Part shown: positions 23,829-36,199 of the stretch, piece by piece
Layout of the letters: each line of letters begins with the position of its first letter
How positions within the stretch are numbered: the first letter of the stretch is position 1
Program-made: the position numbers and the translations under genes
Source: Puccinia triticina
Lineage: Eukaryota
Assembly: GCA_026914245.1 (NCBI GenBank)
Contig: CP110439.1
Coordinates: forward strand, 5,332,001 to 5,396,000
Reading direction: 5' to 3'
Length of the DNA stretch: 64,000 nucleotides
Notes under the pieces: generated by a model
Told to the model about the DNA's origin: nothing
The model's database searches: none
What the model saw: only the letters and a program-made list of their open reading frames with translations

Positions 23829-26800
23829 TCAACGTATCTGTACCCTTGTCTTCATGCCACTACAGGTGTTCTTGACCATTCCAATTATCGCAAATGATTT
23901 CTTCTTGAATACTTCAATCGACTCCACAGAAGAACCCTCGACAAACTGCTTTTGGTGCTTGGCATCGTTCAAGAGTGTTATCGTCCGCTTCAAAAACTTG
24001 CATCCCTCGTCTTGCCAACGGGCTAGAAGTCCATCCATCTCCACGCGCCCCAAGACTGCCACATCTGCGACTGGCATTGCCGGAGATAATTTGGTGGTAC
24101 GGATTCCTCGACACCTCAACTCAACCATATTTAGTACCTCCTCGCACGCAGCTCTGAAAAGATTGATTTCCATGATTGATGCTTTCTCTAGCATGCTGCA
24201 ACGGTTTTTCTTAGTCGACATTATTAGGTCGGCCTTTTCCAGCGCTGAAGATGCCGAGTATTTGTCAAGTTTGACAATCCTCTCAACCTTGTGGCAGGGA
24301 ATTGTACCGCTGTGAGTACCCAGCAAGACCGGTGGGTAAGCGATGGGAACAGGGATGCTCGGATGTGGAGCCATTGTGTACAAGATGTTGGGTTGGTCGC
24401 GCGATTGCCGATAAGTTGTGGGATTCAACACCTCCACATCAGTGTACAAGATGTTGGGTTGGTCGCGCAATTGCCGATAAGTTGTGGGATTCAACACCTC
24501 CACATCAGATCCATCCTGCATCACCTCGACATCCGAATCGAGCGTTATTGGAAGGGCAGGTTGTATTTCCATGCCCATCCGGTCGCGTGGGTACTCCTCT
24601 TGTACCAGCGCAGTAACTCGTTTGACAACTAGTAACTGTTGGTCCTTGGCAATGAAGTACATGTGCTTGCACCCACTTCCAGACCGTGCAAAGTGGAGGC
24701 AGGTGCAACCAGTAAGTCTCCCTTTCCTTGAACCTGCTCCTGGTTCATAAGCAACTGTGTACGAGCAAAGAGTCGGATTGGTGAAGGAACCAATTTGATA
24801 CTGCATCGATGCACGTAAGTCAGTGATCAGCGACAGTGCGCCACCAGCAGTTCAGCAAGCCTGTAGGTTGCTTACATAGGTAGGAAAGGCAAAAAATTGA
24901 ACCCCAATGAAAGCTAAGAATGACCGCGTGTATCCCTCGCCAAGCACTTTTGCATGGAGCTGAAATTTGCTGGTCTGTTGCTTTCGAAAGCCCATCTCAA
25001 CACAAACATGCTCCCTTTGATACCTCGGCAGCACCTCGTCCTTGAAAATTTGGATGACTGCATCGATTCGACGACGTTCGGGTCCTGGAATGTACTTAGA
25101 TTTCAATATGTTGTGCCAGCTTTCTACATAGTTGTTTGTGTGCACCCCTTGATGCGAAGTCTATGTGATGAGTTTTGTGTACATTTATAATGTATGGAAG
25201 AACGATGTCATTCAAATTAGCGGGGCTGCAGAAATGATACACAGGGAAATAGGGAGGTGAATACGACATACGGTCCGGTAGAAAATGGCCCAGTTTTCGT
25301 AGTGAGAGTGCCACTGGTCCTCCAAATACTTTCCAAAAGCAGGGCTGACAACCCTCCACTTTTCTGAAAATGCTCGCCAGCGCGTCTCCGGATGAGGTGA
25401 GCAACAATACAGCAAATTGCGGAATTCTGAGACTGCCTCTGCAGCCAGATCTTGCAAGTATCGACCTGCCACTCCTTTGCAGGCCTTGATGACGTGAAAT
25501 ATGCACCAGTAGTGCTTTGGACCTTGGGTTCCGAGGTCCGAGTACACATCAGCAACGGCATTGTAAATAGCCAACGCGCAATCGCTCATGATTGCTTGCG
25601 GCACAAGCCCCGAGCTGAGTCGTAGCCATCAAAGGACCATCGCAATTGGTTCACTGAAGAGATACATCCGTTGTGATTCAGAGCCAGTCAGACGGGTTAA
25701 AATCAAATTGAGAGTATGAATAAAGTACTTACGCCGCTGCCGATGCAGTGAAGGCCCAGCAGACCAGTAGTCCTTTGCCGGTGACTGGGTCTCGAATAAC
25801 AAGGGTATACAGGCTGATCTTGCGACCGTCATGGAAACAGTAATTGCTGACAGAGTTGTGTGTGCTGTCGATCATCAGCATACTCTGCCCATGACTGAGA
25901 AGCATCTTTCTCTGCCATGGGGATTGGAAAGCGAACAGATAGTTGACTGAGGAAGGGTCGCCCGGTGAAGGGAGATATGTGTGCCAGCCAAGCTTGATGA
26001 GCGCAATGTTCCACAAAGATATGGATTTGAAGACATCTGGGTCCCGCTTGGACAGGATGTTGATTCGCTTGTGAAGCAAGTTTCTTACTTTATCGTACAT
26101 GGGTCGAGAGGCTTCAGGTATGAAGACATCAGGATTGAGCTGAAAGTGGAGATAGAAGCTGATGTCAATAATCATTACCAAAATAATAGTTAAAAGAGAA
26201 GTGAATGTAAAAGTTACTCACATCGTCAAACAAGTCAGGCACATATAAAAGACGGTCAATTGAATCCCACCCTAAACCATCGACCACTCGATCATTGAGC
26301 CACTTCTCAACAGCTTTTGGAGCGCGGCAAATTAACATCTCCTCTTTAGAGAAAGGGTCATGGTTGTGCTCCCACAGCCAAAAGACCCGGAGTGTGTTGG
26401 TGGTGATGTGATGGGATATCGTGAAACGTGCGGTGCAGCCAATCTTTTGGGAGTCGTGCGTCTTCCGTGAGTTTACTGGCCTTATTGCATGTCCAGCGCG
26501 GGGACATTTGAACTCGAGTTTGAAGTGATTCGTGGTGGGCCTGCCCGGACCGGCCTTGACGGCTGAACTGGATTGAGGCAAGTGTTTGTTGGGTTTTTGC
26601 TTTTGAGTAGTCCAACGCACGGTTCCTTCCATGGCATGGGCAAAGTCTTGGGCATGTTTGAGAGTGTGACCGGGAATTGTAAACGTATATGGATTGGACG
26701 GAAGAGGGGGGGGACGGCCCCCAAGATATCGGACAAGACGCAAAGCGTTGGGACGGTCTTCTAAGCTGGCTGGTACTGGAACCTCCTGCACAAATGGCAA

Positions 26801-26899
26801 CGGTACAATGCTATAGATATCTTCGACAAGGGGAAAAGACATCTTGCTTTGCTGATAGGTGACACGTGGTCGTTTCAACGGCTGTTTAGTTGGTTGCAT
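23829..26899 (-). mobile_element. Intron-containing Mutator/MULE transposase with a SWIM finger; one premature stop
   Basis: N-terminal CPRAGH...KIGCTARF...HNH; IDSTH; IMSDCALAI; CIFHV; TNNYVESWHNILK; CTC...GCKHM. In-frame TGA at 25629-25631. TIRs not found. Confidence 0.9.
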
Positions 26900-29800
26900 T
26901 GTAAATTGACGGAAGTGATAAGGGCAAAATGAGAAATATAAGTTAATATCAAGAAATCTGTTTTGATGGGTGCAATGAAGTTCAAATAATAAGTTTCAGC
27001 AATGAAATGTTCTGAATCGCAAGAATGATTGCAAATTAAGCAAAGAGGCTCCAGGCCTAATTGATGAAAGGTAACAATGAAGTGCGAGTAGGAACAACTC
27101 CGTCCCTTTATGAGATCAAGCATCCTCATAGTGTTGTGTGACTTAAGGAAAATTGAGTGTCTCCTGTGCACCGAGAGCTCCATTGTGATAGACTTCCCAT
27201 CCCAATCTATGAGTCAACATGGGATCTGGGATTCCACCACCTCATCCGGAGTTCCCCCAAGGCTCATCCGTATCCTCGCGATACATTTTTTTTTGGTCTG
27301 ATCACCGCAACGTAACAGAATTAGAGAAGTTTTATTCGATGCCTCCCTGAATGTAGCCTAAACAATCATAAATGAATATGGTTGTTGATTTGCACAAAGG
27401 GCTAAAAAAAATATGTACAACTAAAAAAACACAGGTAGGTAATTGGATGAGCACATGCTGCCGTTGGCAAGGCATCACCACTGGCTGCCCATTGGCAGTA
27501 GCCTCCCTGGCAACTCCTCTCACCAAAGAAACATGGAGGGCTCCTGGATTAGACAAGTTTAATCCAGCCACAATTGTTTAGCTTCCTTCTGGATATTTAA
27601 GGTTCTTTAAAGGGAAACCTATGTGGTTTGTTTCTTACAAAAACCACAGAAAAAGAAGGATATGATGCAGCAGAATCCTTTGGTTGATGAAGTCAAGATA
27701 GGTGCAGACCCGTGATCAAAGATTGGGCAAAAGTAAGCAAAAAGAGAGAGAAATCAAGAGACACAGAGTTTTACCTCTGAGATAGTCAAGGTTCAGTGAA
27801 AGAGTGATACTTACTGTCAATATCCTAGGAGCCTGTGACGGTAGGTATACTGGGAGCGTGGTATCCTCTTTGGTGGTGATCCTGGGCTATCTGGGGGTGT
27901 GGTTCTGGGTGTCTGAAGTCTGTGGATCCTCCAGCTGCATGGGAGATCATGTGGTTTGGAGCGCTTAGGCGCGACTGCACAGCGCTGCTGCGCATGTGTG
28001 TCACAAACCACAAACTCTATGAAGGAGTAGAGATATTGGAAAGTGATAAGTGAACACTAGGGTCAAAATTGCATGAGAAATCAGAATCTGAAGTCAAAAC
28101 ATCCTTATGTTCTAAGGTTAAAAAGATATAAACACATTTAGGTATAAAATGGAGATAAAAGGCAGTTTTAGGTCAACTGTGTTGACTCTAAGGCTGACAA
28201 GCACTAAAAGAAAAAGTCAAGCAAGTGCCACTAGTTGAAATGGGACATACTCCTGTGTAAATTCCATTCTAGCTCTGCTCAAGCAAACAGCAGTTTTTTT
28301 GCACAGTCTGTGCTGATGAACAACAGGACTTTGGTTTTCCAACCATGGGTTTTAGCAGACAGCCTTGGGACTAACATCCTGAGTGCTTGAGTGCAAACCT
28401 TGTGAGAATTCACACCTAGGTGAATAGTGTTGATCTCATAAATTGAGAAAGACACTGGGATCTAAACCCGCTGTGGAAAATGGTAAGCTCAGCAAACCTT
28501 TTCCGCAGACCAAGCTGTGGGGAAAGGATGAAAATACTGACAATGCATTCACAGTGCTTGACAGTGATTCCCCCGCAATACGCAAGCTTAGATCAGTGGC
28601 AGAGCCCAATCAATGATCACTCAGGGACAGAATAACAAACAACACCAAAGGTGAACTGGCTGTTAGTTCTTAACTGAGATGATAGGATGACTAGCTAATG
28701 CAGCATCTAATTTCCCCTAGACAAAGTCAAGGAGGAAGAGATTGTCTGAACCAAATCCACAAAAAATCACAGGAGAAAACATGGGTAAGGACAAAAGATC
28801 ATTAGGCTAGCTGGAAACTATACATGAGCTGACAAGAGAACACTGTTACTACACAGATAACATAGCTTGTCTCTTGTGCCGTTTTGCCAAACCAAAGCAG
28901 ACCGACAGAAAAAGCGCTTAAGGCCTCTGCCAAATCAATTGATTAGGAGCATTGCTCTCCAATATTCACTTCTTATTTCTATTTTCTATCTCAGTAGAGA
29001 GCGGCTTGTTGACTTCTCTTAGGTAAATTAATCAAGTTGTTTGCTAAGTTATGAGTGTCACATTGTAGTCTAATTAAGCAATCAAACTCTTAGTTCTCCA
29101 TACTCTTTCAAACCTTTGGTTTTCCAACCACAGATGTTAGTAGACAACCTGAGCGCTTGAGTGCAAACCTGGTGTCAATACAAGAAGGAGGGATTGGATA
29201 TGAGTGCGACAAGAAATGAAACAATGTTATTGGATGAAGGAAAACACACAGTGTAGATATGAGAAGTCTATATACATCCAATACATTAAGTTAGGTTTCA
29301 CTGCTATGGTCATCTCATTACTCCACATCCACCAGTGTGCCGCAGCGGGGTGAAAATGGACCCTTGGAGTGTAAGTTCAACACGTGCATCATGCACAGTG
29401 ACTGTGCATTGAAGCTTGGCCAAAGGCAACCAATGACAAGGGTTCAAGTTCCCTCACCAGCTTGCTTAGAGTTCTCACATGTCAACTGTTGTTGCTTGAC
29501 TTTTCCTTGTAGTGTAGGGGAGTGTAAATTAGTGAGGAAGCTTGTGGTGTTACCCCAGCCTCACCCAAGGTTTGACTCAGCCCAAGCTCCAATCCACACT
29601 CACCGAGCCAACCAAACCACTGATCCATTCAGCATTTGAGGATTTTGGGCAACTTGGCCCAGCTGGCAATCACATTGGTCCAGGCTAACCTCAGGCTCCT
29701 CAGGCCAAGACATTTCTGACACCAGTACTTTAGCCTGAAGCTGACCCCACAAATGCATCAGCCAACCAGAAATAGCCACACTCATCTAACCAGCCCACAA

Positions 29801-30413
29801 ACACAGGCTTACCAGCCCTGGAAACCTACTAACCAAATGTGAATGCTCTTCCAAAGGCAGTGTGGCTTGAGTATCCTGCATGCCACCTGCATGGCCGCAG
29901 ATTTTTTTTGTGCAGGGTGATTGAGGGCGTGGCGCGGCGATCGGGAGCACAACCAGTGCTCCGCCGAGCCTCCTCGTCTGCACGTGTCCGCCGAGCAAGG
30001 GCCCCGCCGTCGCTCCGCGTCCCAGGCAAAGCGCTCTCGTGGACACACCACCCCGCTGGCCCAGCCCCCCGCGTCCGCCCATCTCACGCATCCACATACA
30101 CGCCCCACACCCAGCAAGCGCGCGAGCCGAGCCTGTCCAGGAAGCCCTGGTGCGCACAGAGCCACGCCGGCCACCGCGCCCTTAAAAAAACGTACATTGA
30201 GAGAGAGAGAGAGGAAGAGACAAGCTGCGCTGAGGGGGAACTGGGGACATAGAGAGACAGGCCCGGGCAGCCCGGGGGTGGGTGCGGGGGAGGAGAGGCA
30301 GAGAGACATACACAGGACGGCAGAAGACGGATCCTTAAAGACACATACAGGACGACGGGACGGGGCACAGAAGGGCGAGACGAGGGAGGAGCGCGGGCCA
30401 AGGGGGAGGGGGG

Positions 30414-33400
30414 TCAAGGAGGGCCGGGGGCGTCGGCGACCAAGGAGAGTCTGACCCTGCGGATGCGGGCCTCGAGGGACTGGAGGAGGGCCTCGATCTG
30501 GGCGATCTCGGCGTGGGGGTCGGTGGCCGGCGCCCCGGCCTCCTGGCCCGCGTCGTCGGCTCTGGGGGCCTCGTCGACGCGGCGTTCAGCGGGCGGACGG
30601 AGCAGCGGGGGGTGGTCGCGGAAGTACTCGTGGAGGGCCTGCTTGACGGTCAACGCGACGTCGCTGGAGAGCCGGGCATAGCCGTCCCCGTCTCCCCCTG
30701 CGCCTGCGTGGACGGGAGGGAGGGGGGGGGAGGGGAGGGGGGGCGCGGAAGGAGACGAGGTTGGCGAGCAGGAGCAGGACGACGAGGCCGATGGAGGCGC
30801 GCATCGGCCAGGACAGCTCGGCGATCCCCGCGGGCAGCCATCCGAGCGGGCCAGGGCCTGCTGCTGCCGGGCCGGGGCCGGGCCGGGGCGTGGCGGCGGC
30901 CAGTCTGCTCGTCGGGCGCGCCTTCGACGACGCGCCTCCACCCGGATGCGGTCCAGCCGGCGGCGCCCGGACCGCCGCCGCCACCGCCGCTTCCGGCACC
31001 CCCCCGCCAGCACCCAGAGGTGGCTCCGGGGTCGGCTGGCTCAGCTGGATGTGCTTGCGCAGCGCTTGGTCGACGCCGACTTGGTAGGCCTTCTGGCCAC
31101 TGATCGCCGAGCTCTCGATGATCGCTGTCCACACATCCAAACACGCCCATCAGAAACACACACACAGAGAGACAAAAGATGAGAGGGGTTGCATACATTT
31201 GAGGAACCGGTTGACCTTGGTCCATTCGACGGCGGCGGTGACGTGCCATCTGGACGAGTTATTGGGGCCCCAGGAGATGCAAGTAAGGGTGCGGACGCAG
31301 AAGGATCCGCCGGCGGGGGCGTCGGGGGTGCGGACGGTGGTGAGCAGGGAGACGTATTGGTCGAAGTCGAGTGCCCGGTGCTCGTCAACCACCAGACACT
31401 TGATCGTCTTGGGGCCCACGGGAGCCGTGACGGGGCGGATGTAGGAGACGTTACGCGAGGGGTACTTGGCTTCCGGGGAGGTCGTCCAGTCGCCCACCTC
31501 GATCTCTACGCTCTCATCTGGTCAGCTTTGACCCCCAACCAGCATGGCATGGGACGCTCGAACTGACCGGTGAGATGCTCCTCATTGACCCAGAAATCCT
31601 TCAAGAAATCGGACTGGAACAGGATATTATACAGCTTCTCGGGCGAGGTGGGGTAGGTGGCGTCCCAGATGAGTTCCTTGTAATGCTCGTCGGGCGCGCA
31701 CTGACACTGGGTGGGGGGGTGGTCGATCTTTGGGGGCGGGTCGGAGGAGGAGGAGGAGGAGGAGAAGTCGGAGGAGGCGGGCACCGCGGGCTTCGGTCCG
31801 TCGCTGAAGTCCTCGATTGCCGGCACGGTCACGTCGAGCGTCAGCCCGTGCGTCGGGGCCGTCCCGGGGGGCCGGGCGATGGTCCAGATGGAGCTCATCA
31901 GGTCGTAGGTTGCATCTCTTGACAGAAAGGACGCAAAGGTGTGCTGCTCACACTCTGGTCAGTTCGAGACGCAAGTGGCATGAGGGAGGGGATTCTTACC
32001 CGGCTCTGGGTTGTGTTCACTTGGATCGCATTCGGGATGATCAGCGCCGTCATCCGCTTCTCCACGGTGACCACATCCGAAAACGGGATGACGAGCTAGA
32101 AGAACACGGACAGGGTCAATGAGCAGCTGGGAGGAGAGGTGGAGAGAGAGAGGAGACTGACGGTGGTCACCCAGCCGAAGATGTTGGCGTTGAAGCATAG
32201 ATGCTGTTCGGAGATGTACAGGCGTCCTTGGACGAGGATGTCTCTCTGCAATGCGCACCCGTAGTCTGGAGGGGGGCGAGGCCCAGGAGGCTGAGCATCG
32301 GCTGTTTCAAGCAAAGAGGGGCAAGGAAAGGGGACGGACCTTCGATGAGATAGTCGTCCTCGGGGATCGACTTGAAGACGGCATGGAAGTCGACGTTCCG
32401 CTTGCGGCTGGCGACGGCATAGCCGGTGCCGAGCTGGTCGTCGAGGGCGTTGAAGAGGTTGTAGGCGCGCGAGTCGGTGGTGTGGACGGAGCGGTCGTCC
32501 TTCTCGTCGGGCGACCTGGCGGGGGCGGCGGCGAGGTTGTAGACGGAGGCGGCGGAGGAGGACTGGTGCATGTTCCCGGGGAGGTTGAAGGGCGTGGAGT
32601 GCGGGGCGAGGGATGCGCCGGAGAGGGCGAGGGCGCTTGCAATGCCGAACGCGGGGGTCGCCGCGGCGGGCGGGTGGCGGGCGGTGGTCTTGCGGGTGTT
32701 CTTCTTCCGGGTCGACGCCGGCCGGACGGACGCCGCGGAGGAGGCGAGCGAGTCGAGCGAGCTGTGCGGGGTCCCCGGCTGGCTGCCCGGGGGGAGCGGG
32801 GGCAGCGGCGGGCGGGCCTGCGCGCGCCGCTCGGTCGAGGGCGAGGTGTGGTAGGAGGCAGCCCGGGGGCGGACGGGGATCGGGGGCCCTGCGGGGTGGG
32901 TGGGGGACAGGCGTCAGGCAGCAGAGAGAGGAGATGACGTCATGCCAGCTACGTACCCTCAGAGGGGGCGTGTCTGCCGTTGGCCAGGCGGGGCGCAGGA
33001 GTCGAGCCGGCAGGAGGGTCCACGGGGCGCTCGTCGCCGGAGAGCACCCTGGGGATCCCGGCGGCACTCGAGTTGGCGGGCGTGGGGGTGTCGGCGTCGG
33101 CCTGGTGGGGCCAGCTGTGGAGGAGGTGTTTGGGGGCGGTCTGGGAGGCGGAGGTGGGGGTGAGGCTTGTGAGGGAGAGCGCGGAGGGGTCCGCGGAGTC
33201 GGTGGTGGTGGAGGAGGCGCGGGAGGAGACGGAGGAGGCGGCGGAGGAGGAGGAGAGCGGGGCGGGCTTCTGGGCAGGGTCGGGCCTGTGCCGGGCGGAT
33301 GACGGTGCGCTGCTGGGGGCCGGGGTGGGGCCGGCGTCGGCTAGGAGATGGGGGAAGTCGGTGGTGGTGGCCGAGGGCGAGTCGGAGAGGGCGAGCTCGT

Positions 33401-33599
33401 GCAGACTGCCCGGCCGGAGCGCGGCGTGGCGGATGCCGAGCGAGGAGTACTGCTGCTGGCCCGGGGGCGAGTGGCGGTGGGGGATCGGCGGCGGGTAGGT
33501 CTCGGAGACATGCTGCTGGCGGGGCTGGCTGCCCGGCGGGTCGGCCGTCCGAGCGGAGGCTGTCGAGCTCGTCTTCTTCCGTCCGGCGAGCTTGAACAT
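30414..33599 (-). CDS. LAM/Ltc (Ysp2/Lam4-like) membrane-contact-site sterol transfer protein: GRAM + VASt + TM, multi-exon
   Basis: GRAM: GYAVASRKRNVDFHAVFKSIPEDDYLIEDYGCALQRDILVQGRLYISEQHLCFNANIFGW. VASt: LYNILFQSDFLKDFW...RNVSYIRP...TPDAPAGGSFCVRTLTCISW...VEWT. TM: IGLVVLLLLANLV. Confidence 0.88.
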
Positions 33600-35034
33600 C
33601 CTGATCGCAAAAAAAAAAAAATCAAAAAAAAAAAATCAAAGTAAACAGCAGCAAACAGAACGACTGGCAATCGACCCAGCGGGACTCCACTGGGCCCGGG
33701 GGAGACCGGGCTGCCACCCGGGGGACCCCCCTCGCCGTAACACCAACATGGGCGCATGTATAGTACTCATTATGGACCCCACAAAGTGTGGGCTGGGCGT
33801 GGAAACAGTTCAGTCTGGACTCTGCGAAGAACCCACCTGCATACAGCCCAGACCGCGAGCGACAGAGCGCAGAGAGACCAAGGGAACCAAAGCCCAGTCC
33901 ACACACTCCCAGAGCGCGGCAAGTTTCGTTGCGGAAGAGTACGGCACTAGCGCGCACTAGCGCCCGTCCTCACATGGCAGCCGGCCGGACCAGTCCGTCG
34001 CTTTGCTGTCCGCCACAAGGCCCTGCAGACGCCCCGCTCATCAGGGGTGTTCGAGACCTGCCTCGCCAGGTACAATCCATTCATCAAGGCTCCGCGTGGT
34101 TCCTCCAACGCCCCAACACCCGCCCTGGCGGGCTTGCGTCTCTTAGGATACTGGATGCGGGGCGTGGGGCGCAGATGGCCTGCTCTCACCGGAGACCGGC
34201 CAGGCACTTCACTAAAGCTAAGCTCAGCACCCCGCGGCCGAAGACTCTTCAAAGAAACTACAAGCAAGCAAAAGAGAAAAAAAGGAGTGGAACAGGAAAA
34301 GAAAGAGGCAAGTGTGGCCCGGATCCAGAACCTCCAGCGGATCTCTCCTCTCCTACGAGCCGCACTCGGCTGGATCTTTTGCCAGCCGAGTCGGCCGGGC
34401 ATCCGCCCGCCCCTCACCCCGTCCAAACATATGGCTTTCCGCTGGGTTTGTCACCGTCGGCATTCTGCAGGCCGGCTTGAGAATGGCTTCTCATTCTCGC
34501 ACTGAACAAGCTTGCGTTGGATGTGAGGATGTCGCGATCACTGGGAAAACGCGGGGGGTTTTTGTAGATATGCCTCTCCCGCCAACAATCTGCATCGCGC
34601 CGGCTCCTTTTTGGCCACCCCTTCTTCCTCGATCCCGGCTACTCACCCCGAGTTGTATGCAAAATAATGGATCAGATTGCTCTCCCTGCCAAGCTCATAT
34701 GACGTGTTATTTGATCTGAGACTCTGGTGGATGAGAAGCTGATCTGCTGCTTTGTCACAAAATACCGCTGTCTAGATCAAACATTCAATAGTATGGTTGG
34801 TTCTTCTAGCTGGAGTACATCAAAATAAGAGGGCAATGGTACTAGTAGTAGAAATGTTATGGTGCAAGGGTCACATGGGAAAAACGAGAGAGATGGTAAG
34901 GAATCGGGCGGGTTGGCGGATAAGCTGTATGCACCCTTTTTTGGAAACAGCCAGCAGGCAAAGAACGAGGGTGACCGATCGGAGTGCGCGCATTTCGCCG
35001 GTCTGTAAGCTGGATGTTCCGCTCTCTGGTAGTT

Positions 35035-35469
35035 TTAGATTGTGTGTGTTGATTCTTCCTTCGTTGAGGTCGTCGACGCGCATGCGGAATGGTTATCCAT
35101 CAAAGCTGGACCAAGAACCGTGACTATGAGTACAAGCTTTACAGAAAAAAAAACAGGGAAAGGAAGCCGAAGAGACTGACCTGTGCGGTTGGATTCAGCA
35201 GCCATCTTCGGCTCGGTCGTCTCGCAGGCCCGGGTGAATTTCTCTTTGCGCTTGAGTTGCCGACGATAAAGGAGATATCCGAGTAGGATGAGAAGCGAGA
35301 TGATGGCGACGACGATGATGTCTACTAGGATGAACACGGTCTTGGCTGTGATAAGAGGCGTTGTTGGGTTGGCCGATGAAGAAGTCTCGTAGAAGGCTTG
35401 GGGTCGCACAAAAGAGAGCTTGAGATTCTCTAGCTTTATCGACAAGTGGTCGAGACTTATGGGCGACAT
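35035..35469 (-). CDS. Small single-pass membrane protein of unknown function
   Basis: Hydrophobic VFILVDIIVVAIISLLILLGYLLY followed by basic RRQLKRK; probable in-frame ~57-nt intron; TTATAA upstream. Confidence 0.6.
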   Translation of the reverse strand: MSPISLDHLSIKLENLKLSFVRPQAFYETSSSANPTTPLITAKTVFILVDIIVVAIISLLILLGYLLYRRQLKRKEKFTRACETTEPKMAAESNRTGQSLRLPFPVFFSVKLVLIVTVLGPALMDNHSACASTTSTKEESTHTI

Positions 35470-36199
35470 GGTTTAGGCAGGTGGTTTTGAAACGAGAGGC
35501 TCGGATGGGTGTGCAAGAACAAAGAGGAGATGGAGAGCAAGAGGGCGGAGAGCCAACTGTTCATTATAAGCCAGCACACCCCAGCTCGTCCGCCAGTCGG
35601 GCTGAGAATTGCCAGCCATCTCCCAACACATCCGCAGGAGCTTGCAGCTTTATCCGCTGCATGTTCGACTTGGACTGCCCCCATTCAAGGGGGCGGCTCG
35701 GGCAGAAACAGAGATGGCCAAGCGCTGTCAGCCGTGTGTTTGCACAGGACCTGCGCTGCCGCTTGGCCCATTCATTCATCGCGCTCTGGGGCCCCATCGT
35801 TTGCCCATGGAGCCTGCCACATCAGCGGCTTATTTTGCTTCATGACGACGCTGGTGTACATGCGCGCTCACGCCCAGCAGGCATGACTTCGTGTCGCCAG
35901 ACGGATGGGCGTGGCCGCCGGCGGACCTCAGCTCCAGCCGTCCTTGGGATGAAGGGGCTCCGTCTCTGGAGCAGGCCGTCTTCCCGCTTCCGGGACCGGA
36001 CGTGCTGCGGTGTAACGTCACCCGGGGTGGTGGAGGCGCCGGTTTCGGCTCGGGGCCGCTCGGGGAGCGAGACGGTCGCGCGAATGACACTCCCCCGGTG
36101 GGGATCCAGTGAGGGCGGGGTCCGATGTTGAAGCTTGGCCTGTCGCGTCGGTGGCGCATCCAAGGACTCCATCGCTTTCCATCCCGGGCTCTCCGCAGG

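Noticed and set aside
24376..24510. 66-bp in-frame duplication in the MULE transposase
   Set aside because: Real, but an ordinary slippage event in a linker region.
29400..29465. Possible tRNA or SINE (GGTTCAAGTTCC, B-box-like)
   Set aside because: No cloverleaf or convincing A box could be built.
27300..29700. Possible genes in the AT-rich interval
   Set aside because: No coherent ORF or recognisable motif; probably old transposon debris.
29786..34719. Numerous alternative-frame and antisense ORFs
   Set aside because: Shadow ORFs of GC-rich sequence around the LAM gene.
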